From Methanothrix sp. (GTDB lineage: Archaea > Halobacteriota > Methanosarcinia > Methanotrichales > Methanotrichaceae): a stretch of 64,000 bases of DNA. This document shows positions 10,306 through 19,799 of the stretch, piece after piece; the first letter of the stretch is position 1; the number at the start of each line of letters is the position of its first letter. A program made the position numbers and the translations under genes. Under the pieces are notes generated by a model that ran no database searches, had not been told where the DNA came from, and saw nothing but the letters and a program-made list of their open reading frames with translations. The stretch is from the NCBI GenBank assembly GCA_963682135.1, contig OY821645.1, positions 672,001-736,000 on the forward strand, written 5' to 3'.

Positions 10306-10386
10306 TCAGCCTGACTTCTTTGCACCATTAGCTTTTAAGCCTGACGATTCGATAATCTTAATATCCTTCACAGCCATTTTTCTCTG

Positions 10387-11625
10387 ATGCTGATAAAAGA
10401 CGTCTCCATTATAGAATCTGGACAATTGCAGCCTGGCCGGGACATCCTCCTCGACGGTGGCAAGATCACCAATGTAGGCCGTGACCTCAGGGATGAGAGC
10501 GATGACGAGCCGATCGACGGGCGGGGAAAATTGGCCATCCCCGGCCTCATCAACGGCCATACCCACCTGGCCATGACCCTCCTGCGCGGCTACGCAGACG
10601 ACATGGAGCTGATGCCCTGGCTGCAGGAGAAGATCTGGCCTCTGGAAGCCAAGATCAATGAGGAAGACGTTCGCTGGGGAGTGAAGCTGGGCTGCCTGGA
10701 GCAGATTCGCTTCGGCATCACCTGCTACAGCGATATGTACTACTTCCCGGATGCTACCGCCCAGGCCACAAAAGAGATGGGCCTGCGCGCCTTTCTCTCC
10801 GGCGTGGTCTTCGATATGAAGCCGGAGCTTCTCGGTCAGGTGGAGCCTTTCATCCGCCGCTGGAAGGGAGACGAGCTGATCACACCCGCTGTGGGCCCGC
10901 ATGCTGCTTACACCTGCTCAGAGGAGACGCTGCTAAAGGCAAAGGAGATCGCCGACCGGCATGATGCTATGATTCACATCCACCTCTCTGAGACCCGCGA
11001 GGAGGTGGACGGATTTCTGCTCTCCAAAGGCAAAAGCCCGGTAGAGTACCTGGACTCACTGGGCCTGCTAAACTCCCGCCTGACAGCGGTGCACTGCGTT
11101 TGGATCTCTCCGGAAGACTGCGATCTTCTGGCTGAGAGGAAGGCCAATGTGGTGAGCTGCACAGAGAGCAATCTCAAGCTGACTTCAGGCATCGCACCGC
11201 TCAATACTATGATGAAAGCTGGAATAAACGTCTGCCTGGGCACTGACGGCGCTTCCAGCAACAACAACCTGAGTATCTTCGAGGAGATGAAGACCACCGC
11301 TATCGCCCAGAAGAATGCTTACCACACTCCTGCCGCATTCTCAGCAGAGCAGATCTGGCGCATGGCCACAGAGAATGCCGCTCGAGCCTTTGGCCTCAAC
11401 CTGGGGCTTCGCCCCGGCGCTCTGGCCGACCTGGCTCTCATCGATCTGAAAAAACCCTGGTTCTGGCCGCAGAGCAATATTATTTCCCACCTGGTCTACA
11501 GCATGTCCGGAGGCGTGGACACAACCATCGTCAACGGTAAGGTGCTCATGCAGGGTGGGGTGATACCGGGCGAGGAGGAAATCTTGGAGAAGGCCCAGGA
11601 GCGTTTCCTGCGTCTGACCTCTTAG
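10387..11625 (+). CDS. Amidohydrolase, 5'-deoxyadenosine/MTA/SAH deaminase family
   Basis: NGHTH, GPHAAYTCS, HIHLSET, HCVW, GTDGASSNN motifs. Confidence 0.9.
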   Translation: MLIKDVSIIESGQLQPGRDILLDGGKITNVGRDLRDESDDEPIDGRGKLAIPGLINGHTHLAMTLLRGYADDMELMPWLQEKIWPLEAKINEEDVRWGVKLGCLEQIRFGITCYSDMYYFPDATAQATKEMGLRAFLSGVVFDMKPELLGQVEPFIRRWKGDELITPAVGPHAAYTCSEETLLKAKEIADRHDAMIHIHLSETREEVDGFLLSKGKSPVEYLDSLGLLNSRLTAVHCVWISPEDCDLLAERKANVVSCTESNLKLTSGIAPLNTMMKAGINVCLGTDGASSNNNLSIFEEMKTTAIAQKNAYHTPAAFSAEQIWRMATENAARAFGLNLGLRPGALADLALIDLKKPWFWPQSNIISHLVYSMSGGVDTTIVNGKVLMQGGVIPGEEEILEKAQERFLRLTS

Positions 11626-11668
11626 TACTGTCAGGCCTAATTGATGCCATCTTCATGAGTCGGACCGC

Positions 11669-13219
11669 TCAATCCGATATCGCCTTCTTTCGCAGCAGGC
11701 GATTGTAGGCGATGGCAAATCTGTGCGCCTCATCTCTGATCTCCTGCACAAAGAGAGAGGCTTTTTCATTCTTCCGGATCAAAAGCGGCCCGTCCAGTCC
11801 GGGCACATAGATCTCCTCCTCGCCCTTGGCCAGAGAGATGATGGGAATCTTCAGCCTCAGCTCTCGCAGCACTGCCAGAGCCGAGGAAAGCTGCCCTTTG
11901 CCCCCATCGATGACAATGAGGTCCGGCATATCCTGTATCTCTTCCTTGAGGCGAGAGTAGCGTCGCAAAACGATCTCCGCGATGGAAGCGAAATCATCTA
12001 TTCCCTGCACGCTCTTGATCTTGAAGCGCCTGTAATTGCTCTTGTCCGGCCTGCCTCCCCGAAACTGCACCATGGAGCCCACGGAAAAGGTGCCTGCCAG
12101 ATGCGAGATGTCGAAGCATTCAATGACCTGAGGGGCCTTGGGAAGATGCAGCACCTCCGCCAGGGCCTGCACCTTCATTCGGTCTCCAAAGAAGCCGATA
12201 TCCAGATTCTTTCTGGCCAGCTCCAATAGCTCCTTCTTTTCACCCTGCTTGGGAACGGTGACGTGTACCTTCTTTCCTTTGACGTGTGAGAGAAAATCCA
12301 CCAGAGACTCATCCAACGGCTCATCGAGGATCAGCTCCTCAGGAGGCTCCCTTTCCGAGTAGTACTGCACCAGAAATTCCTCCAGGAAGTTGTCGCTCTG
12401 GGCAAAGACGAAGTCCTCTTTTCCTTCCAGAGTGCCATGGTAAACCTTGAAGAGCATGAGAAAGACGCTGGAGCCATCTATCTGATAGCTAATAACATCC
12501 TGATCGTACTTGCGGCTCTTCTCTACCTGCTGGCGCTCCTGCAGGTGCTGCAAAGCTGCTATTTCATCACGCAGCTCTATGGCTCTCTCGAATTCCTGAC
12601 GAGCGGAAAGCTGTGTCATCTCTTTCTGCAAAGATTCGACCAATTCCCCGGTTTTGCCTCCCAGGGCCGAAGCGGCTTTTTTTACCCTGGCCAGGTAGTC
12701 TGCTTCAGCTATCTTTCCCAAACACGGGCCGGTGCAGTGACCCAGATGGTAGCGCAGGCATGCACGTTTGGGCAGCCTTTTGCAGGTGCGCAAACCAAAG
12801 GTCTTGCGAAGAAGCTGGTAGACGAATGTCCTCTCCCGAGCGGAGGTGAAGGGGCCGAAGAAAGAGCCTTTGCCGGCGGCTTTGCGGGAGACTCTGATGC
12901 GCGGGAATTTCTCATCAGTCAGCTCAATACAAGCATAGCGGGAAGAGTCTTTGAGCTTGATGTTGTAGCGGGGCTGATGCTTCTTGATGAGAGTGTTTTC
13001 CAATAGCAGCGCTTCAACCTCTGTGTTGGTGACGATGAACTGCAATCCTTTTGATGCCAGGACGAGAGCCTTTGTTCTGGGTCCGTGGTCCTGCTTCTGG
13101 AAATAATTGGAGACTCGCTTCTTGAGATCTCGGGCTTTGCCAACATAGATCACCTTGCCCTGGTCGTCCGTGAATAGGTAGCATCCGGGATTATGAGGAA
13201 GAGAGTCGAGAGAGATCAT
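11669..13219 (-). CDS. uvrC: Excinuclease ABC subunit C
   Basis: GIY-YIG motif PGCYLF..IYVGKA; UVR domain EFERAIELRD; IECFDISH, DLIVIDGGKGQL, RDEAHRFA; ends before the HhH domain. Confidence 0.95.
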   Translation of the reverse strand: MISLDSLPHNPGCYLFTDDQGKVIYVGKARDLKKRVSNYFQKQDHGPRTKALVLASKGLQFIVTNTEVEALLLENTLIKKHQPRYNIKLKDSSRYACIELTDEKFPRIRVSRKAAGKGSFFGPFTSARERTFVYQLLRKTFGLRTCKRLPKRACLRYHLGHCTGPCLGKIAEADYLARVKKAASALGGKTGELVESLQKEMTQLSARQEFERAIELRDEIAALQHLQERQQVEKSRKYDQDVISYQIDGSSVFLMLFKVYHGTLEGKEDFVFAQSDNFLEEFLVQYYSEREPPEELILDEPLDESLVDFLSHVKGKKVHVTVPKQGEKKELLELARKNLDIGFFGDRMKVQALAEVLHLPKAPQVIECFDISHLAGTFSVGSMVQFRGGRPDKSNYRRFKIKSVQGIDDFASIAEIVLRRYSRLKEEIQDMPDLIVIDGGKGQLSSALAVLRELRLKIPIISLAKGEEEIYVPGLDGPLLIRKNEKASLFVQEIRDEAHRFAIAYNRLLRKKAISD

Positions 13220-13426
13220 GCTTTGCAGAAAGACAGTGGTTTCCGGCTATTTTACTGTAACTGAAGGGGAGTATGAGCCTTCGGGGCGAAAGGGATTGAC
13301 ACTTGGGAAGGCTCCAAGATATCACTTGTATTTTTAACTATTTAAGTTTAATTAAATGTGCGCTGAAGCATTCCTTGCTGAAAATAGTCATCATAGTAAT
13401 ACCTATAATCCTGATAGTAATCACAT

Positions 13427-13837
13427 CTAAATCAATTGCACATTAAATGAAGAATTAGCTTTACTGTACAGTTTCTTATCCAAAGTCAATAGAGGGACTT
13501 GCTCTTTTTCTGCCAGGGCTAAAAAGAGGGAATCATAGAAGGACGCTGTAGTAACAATCGAGATATCATATGCCTTCGCCATCATATCCTGCCCTCTGAC
13601 GACATCGCACGCCTCGGAGATAAATGTCTGGCATTTCTGCAGAGCATTGAGAGTTAGATCCCTGTCCATCCCGAATAGAGTCACCTGTTTCCAGGCAACG
13701 TTTCCAACCTCAATCACTGCCAGGTCCAGAGTGATCAAATCCGGTTTGGTGACTGCATCCAGAGCTCTTTGAGAGGCATCCTCTTTGAAAAACATAGCTG
13801 CCAGGATATTTGAATCCAAAGCTACCTTATCAAGCAT
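13427..13837 (-). CDS. vapC: VapC PIN-domain toxin
   Basis: ALDSNIL, E.GNVAWK, FYDSLFLALA, LLTLDKKL. Confidence 0.9.
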   Translation of the reverse strand: MLDKVALDSNILAAMFFKEDASQRALDAVTKPDLITLDLAVIEVGNVAWKQVTLFGMDRDLTLNALQKCQTFISEACDVVRGQDMMAKAYDISIVTTASFYDSLFLALAEKEQVPLLTLDKKLYSKANSSFNVQLI

Positions 13838-14054
13838 CTCGATCCTCCCGTATCATCTTTGCAGCACCGATTGCATTGGGCTTTTGATGCTTCCACAGTT
13901 GCTGAGCCTCGGCAAGGAGCCTTTCTTTTTTCTTTTCCCGAACCATTCTCTCCACGGTTTGCTTGATCTCTCCCTGCCAATTGACATCAGACATCTCATC
14001 CATCATCCGGCGTATACGGTCTTCAATGCGAAAGCTATAAACAGCAGTTGGCAT
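13830..14054 (-). CDS. vapB: VapB-type (RHH-like) antitoxin
   Basis: VYSFRIED..VNWQGEIK..MIREDRD; overlaps the vapC start. Confidence 0.85.
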   Translation of the reverse strand: MPTAVYSFRIEDRIRRMMDEMSDVNWQGEIKQTVERMVREKKKERLLAEAQQLWKHQKPNAIGAAKMIREDRDA

Positions 14055-14096
14055 AAGATAATGTTTATCCTAAATGTATATATGATTTTTCTGCAG

Positions 14097-14228
14097 CTCG
14101 CCCGTCGGCCCGTAGCTTCGGGCTGCGCTCTTGGGCCGGGCCGTGCGGACTTGCGGCGATGTTGTAAGGGCGGGCTGGATTGACTGGCAAGCGCTCGTAT
14201 CAGGGGGGCAGGGGCCGGTCGGACCTGA
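14097..14228. repeat. GC-rich inter-cassette repeat, copy 1
   Basis: Shares GGGCCGGGCCGT(G/C)CGG, CTGGATTG..TGGCAAGCGCTCGT.TCAGGGGG and GGCCGGTCGG.C.TG blocks with copies 2-4. Confidence 0.7.
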
Positions 14229-14232
14229 GGGT

Positions 14233-14500
14233 TCATATTAATATTTTTGCCAGTTTTAATTTTATCTCTGGAAGCTCATTTTTAATGGCATCATTCACGA
14301 TCTCCCAGTCCAACCCAAAGTAATGGTGAACCAGCTTGTTTCTCATGCCGATCATCTGTCTCCATGGAATCTCTGGGTGCTCCTTTTTCAAATCATCCGA
14401 GATATTCCTGGATGCTTCTCCAATGATCTCCAAGGATTTACTTTGCAATGAAATCCATCTCTTCAAGGATGTGTCACAGTAGCTCTACATCTTTATTCAG
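14233..14500 (-). pseudogene. HepT/DUF86 HEPN toxin, disrupted
   Basis: LEIIGEA..PEIPWRQMIGMRNKLVHHY is intact, but the 5' part reads LNKDVELL*HILEEMDFIAK* in another frame. Confidence 0.8.
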
Positions 14501-14774
14501 ACCAGATCACATCCTTCTCCACGTAAGGACGGATCCGTTGATGAAGACCCTTGACGGTTACCAGGTCCACCTCTCTTCCCAGGAGATCTTCAAGATAAAA
14601 AGATAGGTTCATGAAGTTTTTAAATGTGGGCTTCTCGAACTCCACCAGTATGTCAATATCGCTGGACGCCTTCTCTTCGCCGCGAGCGAATGATCCGAAT
14701 ATACCGATCCGCCGGACGCTGAATCGAGTCTTGATATCGTTGGCGTGGCTTTTGATAATGTCGAGGATATCCAT
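14493..14774 (-). CDS. Minimal nucleotidyltransferase (MntA antitoxin)
   Basis: IFGSFARGE..SDIDILVEF..LLGREVDLV. The ATG at 14774 is preferred because the longer ORF runs through the repeat. Confidence 0.9.
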   Translation of the reverse strand: MDILDIIKSHANDIKTRFSVRRIGIFGSFARGEEKASSDIDILVEFEKPTFKNFMNLSFYLEDLLGREVDLVTVKGLHQRIRPYVEKDVIWSE

Positions 14775-14859
14775 ATTCAACCCATAGAATAGAGATGTTA
14801 CATCCCTAAAAACATTGCCCCTTTTGGTGCAAATGGTGTTTGTATCCGATCTGAGCAGT

Positions 14860-14958
14860 TCATTCGTGGCTCGTGCCTGCTGCTCGTGGCCTTGGGGCCG
14901 GGCCGTCCGGGGTTGCAGCGATGTCGTCACGGCGGGCAGGAGGCCGGTCGGGCCTGAT
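14860..14958. repeat. GC-rich inter-cassette repeat, copy 2 (internally shortened)
   Basis: GGGGCCGGGCCGTCCGG...GGCGGGC..GAGGCCGGTCGGGCCTGA. Confidence 0.65.
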
Positions 14959-15078
14959 GACCAGAAGAGCCACCCCGGAGTCAACTGCTTTTTGGGCGCT
15001 GAATTTTGGTAACGGCCGCATTTAATTATTACTATTATCAGAAGAAACTGCGGATCAAAACGCAAAAGGCGCAAAGGA

Positions 15079-15303
15079 TTATGCTACCTCTAACCATTCT
15101 TCGCGACTGATTCCAGATCGTTTTAAAATTTTCTGCAATAGATCCGCACTGATATCGCTGCCATGAGGATTAGGAATACGCGTCTCTACCAGTCCCCTGG
15201 ACATATACTCATGATCTGCTCCGGGATAAGGGCCGACAAATCCCAATTTGCTTAATCGCTTAATCAGTTCACGTCTTGAAACCGGCACAAGTTTATTCGA
15301 CAA
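15079..15303 (-). CDS. hicA: HicA-family toxin
   Basis: SRRELIKRLSKLGF..GADHEYM..IPNPH..ILKRSGISREEW; TTG start at 15303 overlaps the hicB stop. Confidence 0.85.
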   Translation of the reverse strand: MSNKLVPVSRRELIKRLSKLGFVGPYPGADHEYMSRGLVETRIPNPHGSDISADLLQKILKRSGISREEWLEVA

Positions 15304-15550
15304 TAGCAACCGGCTCCGCAGACGCATTAATAACATAGCCGCCTATTGCAGGTATCGGATGACCCAGTCTCAGCTTTAACGCAATCCAGCCCTCGATAAC
15401 GCTCTGCAGTTCCTTGCGACATTCTTCGAGAGATTTACCTGTAGCCCAAACGCCCTGCAGTTCGGGAACCTCGCCATAATAGGGCTTAGGGTCTTCGATG
15501 ATTTCGTAGGTGGCCCTTTCCATAGCCGCCAAGATGTATTCTCCAAACAT
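15293..15550 (-). CDS. hicB: HicB-family antitoxin
   Basis: MFGEYILAAM..YYGEVPELQGVWATGKSLEEC..IEGWI..PIP. Confidence 0.85.
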   Translation of the reverse strand: MFGEYILAAMERATYEIIEDPKPYYGEVPELQGVWATGKSLEECRKELQSVIEGWIALKLRLGHPIPAIGGYVINASAEPVAIVE

Positions 15551-15591
15551 TATCATGATTATCAGCAGTGATAAGATTATAGTCTTTCGCT

Positions 15592-15720
15592 TTGCCAGGC
15601 TCCCGCTCTGGCTTGTGGCCGCCGCCCGTGGGCCGGGCCGTCCGGGCTGTGGCGTGGTCGTTAGGACGGACTGGATTGCTTGGCAAGCGCTCGTGTCAGG
15701 GGGCAAGGACCGGTAGGCCC
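15592..15720. repeat. GC-rich inter-cassette repeat, copy 3
   Basis: GGGCCGGGCCGTCCGG and CTGGATTGCTTGGCAAGCGCTCGTGTCAGGGGGCA match copy 1. Confidence 0.7.
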
Positions 15721-15789
15721 ACGATCACGGGTTCACGCGAAGGCGCGAAGCCGCGAAGTTCCGATGAGAAAAGGACAATTTTTCGCCAT

Positions 15790-15915
15790 AGCTCTCGGGC
15801 CGCGTCGGTGGAGTCGTTTCTCGGCAAAGGTCATCCGGGACAGGGCGCCATCCGCCAGGCGGGCGCGCATGTGCACGCGTTCGCACTCGGGCACGGGAGG
15901 CCGGTCGGGCTTGGC
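15790..15915. repeat. GC-rich segment with the shared terminal block (copy 4, divergent)
   Basis: Ends GGAGGCCGGTCGGGCTTG like copies 1 and 2; the rest is divergent. Confidence 0.45.
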
Positions 15916-15985
15916 ATCTGGTTATAATGAACCCTGGATGAGGCAGGTCTCTATTTTGGACAGGCTCATTGTAGATAATGGCGAA

Positions 15986-16189
15986 TTAGTGGACTTCGTG
16001 GTGTGTACCAACTGCTTCAAGCAGAATGATCTCTTCTTGAGTTTCGAAATCTCGCACAAATTCAAATACGATGCGATATTCGAAGTCGACTGCATAAGCC
16101 CAAGAACCTGCCAGATCCCCTTTCAATTTGTGAGTATGAAGAGATGGATGAAGTGCATCGGTAGCGAGCAGTTTTCAGCGCATGTTCAA
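15986..16189 (-). pseudogene. YafQ-like RelE toxin, 5'-truncated
   Basis: Manual translation LLATDALHPSLHTHKLKGDLAGSWAYAVDFEYRIVFEF..LLEAVGTHHEVH*; the N-terminal part and start are missing. Confidence 0.75.
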
Positions 16190-16410
16190 TCTAACAAATC
16201 CGTCATCAGGTCTTCAAATGTGCCCCGCTTAGCTTCGCCTCTTTTGAACGCACCTCTCCCCTCTTGAACCTCAGCTACCAGCTCGGCCCGGCGCTTTTCT
16301 ATGATGCGCTTGTTGATCAGCTCCACCAGCATGGACTGATCATCCAGAGGCATTGACTCCACAGCTTCGATTAGATCCTGAAAGCTCAATGAATGCACGG
16401 CACAACTCAT
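16186..16410 (-). CDS. Putative antitoxin partner of the YafQ-like gene
   Basis: SFQDLIEAVESMPLDDQ..RRAELVAEVQEGR..GTFEDLM; lies directly upstream of the toxin remnant. Confidence 0.7.
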   Translation of the reverse strand: MSCAVHSLSFQDLIEAVESMPLDDQSMLVELINKRIIEKRRAELVAEVQEGRGAFKRGEAKRGTFEDLMTDLLD

Positions 16411-16541
16411 TGGAATTCACCATTTCCGAGATCCTTGATTGCTGTTAAAGGAATTGAACCTTTGGGTTTTATGATCGATTCATCATCCATTGCAGTCTTA
16501 TCAGCCCCTCGACTGTGCGTGTGCCTGTTGCATTTGGATTA

Positions 16542-17714
16542 TCAAGGATCTCTTTTTATTTGCTGCATTTTTCTGCAAATATCAGCTTCGTTTTCGGCCC
16601 AGATCACATGAATACCCAATGATAATGCATCTTCTTCAAAAAATCGTTCTTCTTCAGCCTTCAACATCTTCACTGTATCTTCGAAATCAAGGTTATTGGC
16701 AATTTTCTCATCTAACATATCTTTATTAATTTTTAAAAATTTTTTAAAACATTTCCTGCAATCAGCGAGTCTTGGTCGAAGCTGAATGATATTATGAAAT
16801 TCATCATCATTTCTTTCATTTTTTGCAGAATCAAGCAACCTACGCAAATTGGGATCGTTTAAGGAGAGTCCTATTAAGAGACACTTATTTTTAATAAATT
16901 TATCTAATTGAGTCTTATTAGTCCAGGCATTACTCGTATTGTACAAAGCATGATACGCTTCTTCGCTTAGGATTATTCTGTTTTTATTCGTTAGATTACC
17001 ATTTCGGGGCAAGAATCCATGAACATGGTAAATCGGAATAGTTCCGGGTTCTTCTGTTTCGGAATAATATATTGACCTATAGTTCTCTTGATTATCTTTT
17101 TCGAGATAATGCTCCAAAATATCATCATAATTATATGTGATTATGCAATCTAATTTCTTTTGACCACCATCATCTGAACTAAGCCGAATTATCTCGTCCA
17201 ATAATTTCGATTTTTTAGATTTGTTATTTCTATATAATGCACATCTAACAAATTTCTCAAATACTATGCAATCATCATCTTCAAGTCCGAGACTGCTATG
17301 GTGATGAAGATTTCTAGCTAATACCAGCTCATTTCTATTGAACATTTTTAAAAATAATTTTTTAATGAAATATATTCTATCTTCAAAGTCATTTTCACGA
17401 ATATATATATTATTCTGTAATATCTTTAGGAGATCCTTCCAATCAGGCAAGCCGCAGCTTTTAGATACGCCAGCACCTAATATTAGTACTAATTTCTTGC
17501 TATTATATGCTTTGTTAAGTTGTATAAACTGGATTGAATCCTCTGGAGACAAAGGACGATTTGTTCGCCTTTGATGAAAAATTTTAATAATTGTATTTAT
17601 ATCTTGTATTTCATCAAATGTATAATTTCCTAGCTCTCCGAAAGTTATATGACGAAGGTCTTGGAAGGTTACTGAATTGCATTTGTCATCAGGCAATCTT
17701 AGATCATGATTCAT
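16542..17714 (-). CDS. SIR2-like (SIR2_2) domain protein, probable defence NADase
   Basis: LILGAGVS..LPDW, IITYNYDD, YHVHG, LLIGLSLNDPNL; markedly AT-rich. Confidence 0.85.
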   Translation of the reverse strand: MNHDLRLPDDKCNSVTFQDLRHITFGELGNYTFDEIQDINTIIKIFHQRRTNRPLSPEDSIQFIQLNKAYNSKKLVLILGAGVSKSCGLPDWKDLLKILQNNIYIRENDFEDRIYFIKKLFLKMFNRNELVLARNLHHHSSLGLEDDDCIVFEKFVRCALYRNNKSKKSKLLDEIIRLSSDDGGQKKLDCIITYNYDDILEHYLEKDNQENYRSIYYSETEEPGTIPIYHVHGFLPRNGNLTNKNRIILSEEAYHALYNTSNAWTNKTQLDKFIKNKCLLIGLSLNDPNLRRLLDSAKNERNDDEFHNIIQLRPRLADCRKCFKKFLKINKDMLDEKIANNLDFEDTVKMLKAEEERFFEEDALSLGIHVIWAENEADICRKMQQIKRDP

Positions 17715-18216
17715 AGAATAGCCCTTATAGCATCAATCTGGAGATGATTTATTACAGCCCCCGAAACGCGGCACAGTGGCCGCGCTTCTGGAACTGCTCC
17801 TCCCTCCTGTGATGTAGTTGTTGTTGGGTTATAATCGTTTATCCCGAGGCCATAGCCTTATGGCATCGTGTCCGGGCACAGGTGTAGCCGCACCCGTCCG
17901 AGACCATGCTATAACTTCCCATGATATAAAGTTTCTTCTCGCCCCTCGCTTATTTCTGCAAAATATCATCCATATGGCGTCCTCTAACCAGCCGGTAAGC
18001 CTTCAAGCATTGTGGCTACCAGCTTATTGCGCGATCGAGTCAGCGATAGAGCGAATATGTTGATACTCAAATTGGCAAAAGGAGATCTGAAGGGCCGAGT
18101 TCAAACGCCTGGACTAAAAGAAGACCAAAAGAAAAACTGCAAGCCCTGCCTTTTTCCGGGCAGAGTTCTTCCTGCTCGTCGGCAAGGCTTGCAACTCTTG
18201 TATCTACTATTACTGC

Positions 18217-19212
18217 TTATTTCTTCTGCAGCCAGGGCATCATAGCTCGCAGCTCTGCGCCCACCTGTTCGATGGGGTGCTCGGACTCAATCTTTTCCAG
18301 GGACTTCTTAACGGGAAGACCGGCCTGGCTCTCCAAAATCCACTCGCGTGCGAACTCGCCAGACTGAATCTCCGACAGAATTTCCTGCATTTCTGCTCTG
18401 GATTCCTCATTGATAATTCTCTGGCCGCGGGTCATGCCGCCGTACTCTGCCGTGTTGGAGACGTTGTTCCACATGCGCATGAATCCGCCCTCGTAGATCA
18501 GGTCCACAATCAGCTTCAGCTCATGGCAGGCCTCGAAGTAGGCGATCTCCGGCTGGTAACCGGCATCCACCAGCGTCTCAAAAGCAGCCTTGATCATCTC
18601 GGTAACGCCGCCACACAGGTCCACCTGCTCGCCGAACAGATCGGTCTCCGTCTCCTCGGTAAAGGTGGTCTCAATGACACCGGCCCTCGTGCCGCCGATG
18701 CCCTTGGCATAGGCCAGCGCCTTCTTGAGAGCTGCACCGGAAGCGTCCTGCTCTATGGCCACCAGACAGGGCACGCCCTTGCCTTCCTGGTAGGTGCGTC
18801 GCACCAGGTCCCCAGGCCCTTTGGGCGCTATCATGACCACATCCACGTTCTCGGGCGGCACAATCTGGAAGTAGCGAATGTTAAATCCGTGCGAGAAGCC
18901 CAGAACCTTGCCTTCCTCCAGGTAGGGTGCAATCTGCTCCCGGTAGATCTTGCCCTGGTACTCGTCCGGCAGAAGGATCTGAATGTAGTCTGCCTTCTTG
19001 GCGGCATCGGCCACAGACATGACCTTCACTCCATCCGCCTCAGCTCTCTTCCAGGCCTTGGAGCCCGGCAGGTCGGCAGCGATAACATCCAGCCCGGAGT
19101 CCTTCAGATTCTCACCCTGGGCATGTCCCTGATTTCCCCATCCCACTATGGCGATGGTCTTGTCCTTCAACACCCTCAAATCTGCATCCTTTTCATGGTA
19201 TATCTTCACCAA
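18217..19212 (-). CDS. ilvC: Ketol-acid reductoisomerase
   Basis: [33 protein letters not shown]. Confidence 0.97.
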   Translation of the reverse strand: MVKIYHEKDADLRVLKDKTIAIVGWGNQGHAQGENLKDSGLDVIAADLPGSKAWKRAEADGVKVMSVADAAKKADYIQILLPDEYQGKIYREQIAPYLEEGKVLGFSHGFNIRYFQIVPPENVDVVMIAPKGPGDLVRRTYQEGKGVPCLVAIEQDASGAALKKALAYAKGIGGTRAGVIETTFTEETETDLFGEQVDLCGGVTEMIKAAFETLVDAGYQPEIAYFEACHELKLIVDLIYEGGFMRMWNNVSNTAEYGGMTRGQRIINEESRAEMQEILSEIQSGEFAREWILESQAGLPVKKSLEKIESEHPIEQVGAELRAMMPWLQKK

Positions 19213-19307
19213 GTTTCATTCCTCCATATCTCTATTCTAAAAGTAATAATAACCGCAAAAATAATGGATTCGAAGGATGCCTTTTTTTTCAGGCATCTCT
19301 CGAATCC

Positions 19308-19799
19308 TCAAGCCTTGACTACCCTCGCTCCCCTCACCATCGATACTTTGCCGGTGCGGGCGATCTCCTTTATGCCGAACTGACGCAGCAGTTGAACAAT
19401 GGCATCGACCTTCTCCTCGTCTCCCGTGACCTCAATGATCATGGACCGGTGCGAGACATCGATGATCTTGGCCCGGAAGATGTTCACGATCTGCATGATC
19501 TCGCTTCGGCTCTCTTTGTCCGCGTTCACCTTGATGACTGCCAGCTCCCTCTCCACAGACTCGCTCGCCTCAAGCTCGCTGACGCGAATGACGTTGATGA
19601 GCTTGGAGAGCTGCTTTATTACCTGCTCCAGAACATCCCGGTCGCCATGCACGGTGATGGTCATGCGCGAGTAATCGGGATTGTCCGTCGCTCCTACCGA
19701 GAGGCTGTCAATGTTAAACGACCTGCGGCTGAAGAGGCCGGCGATGCGCGTTAATACACCGGATTTGTTCTCCACGATTACGGCAATGGTGTGCTTCAT
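19308..19799 (-). CDS. ilvN: Acetolactate synthase small subunit
   Basis: ACT domain [25 protein letters not shown]; EIARTG. Confidence 0.95.
   Translation of the reverse strand: MKHTIAVIVENKSGVLTRIAGLFSRRSFNIDSLSVGATDNPDYSRMTITVHGDRDVLEQVIKQLSKLINVIRVSELEASESVERELAVIKVNADKESRSEIMQIVNIFRAKIIDVSHRSMIIEVTGDEEKVDAIVQLLRQFGIKEIARTGKVSMVRGARVVKA

Noticed and set aside
14493-15706. Long N-terminal extensions of MntA (193 aa) and HicB (137 aa) in the ORF track
   Set aside because: The extensions are read-through of the GC-rich repeats; family-typical starts are at 14774 and 15550
17755-17910. GC-rich patch upstream of the SIR2 gene as a fifth repeat copy
   Set aside because: I could not find the shared blocks of the other copies in it
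18277-19383. 368-aa plus-strand ORF
   Set aside because: Antisense shadow of GC-rich ilvC
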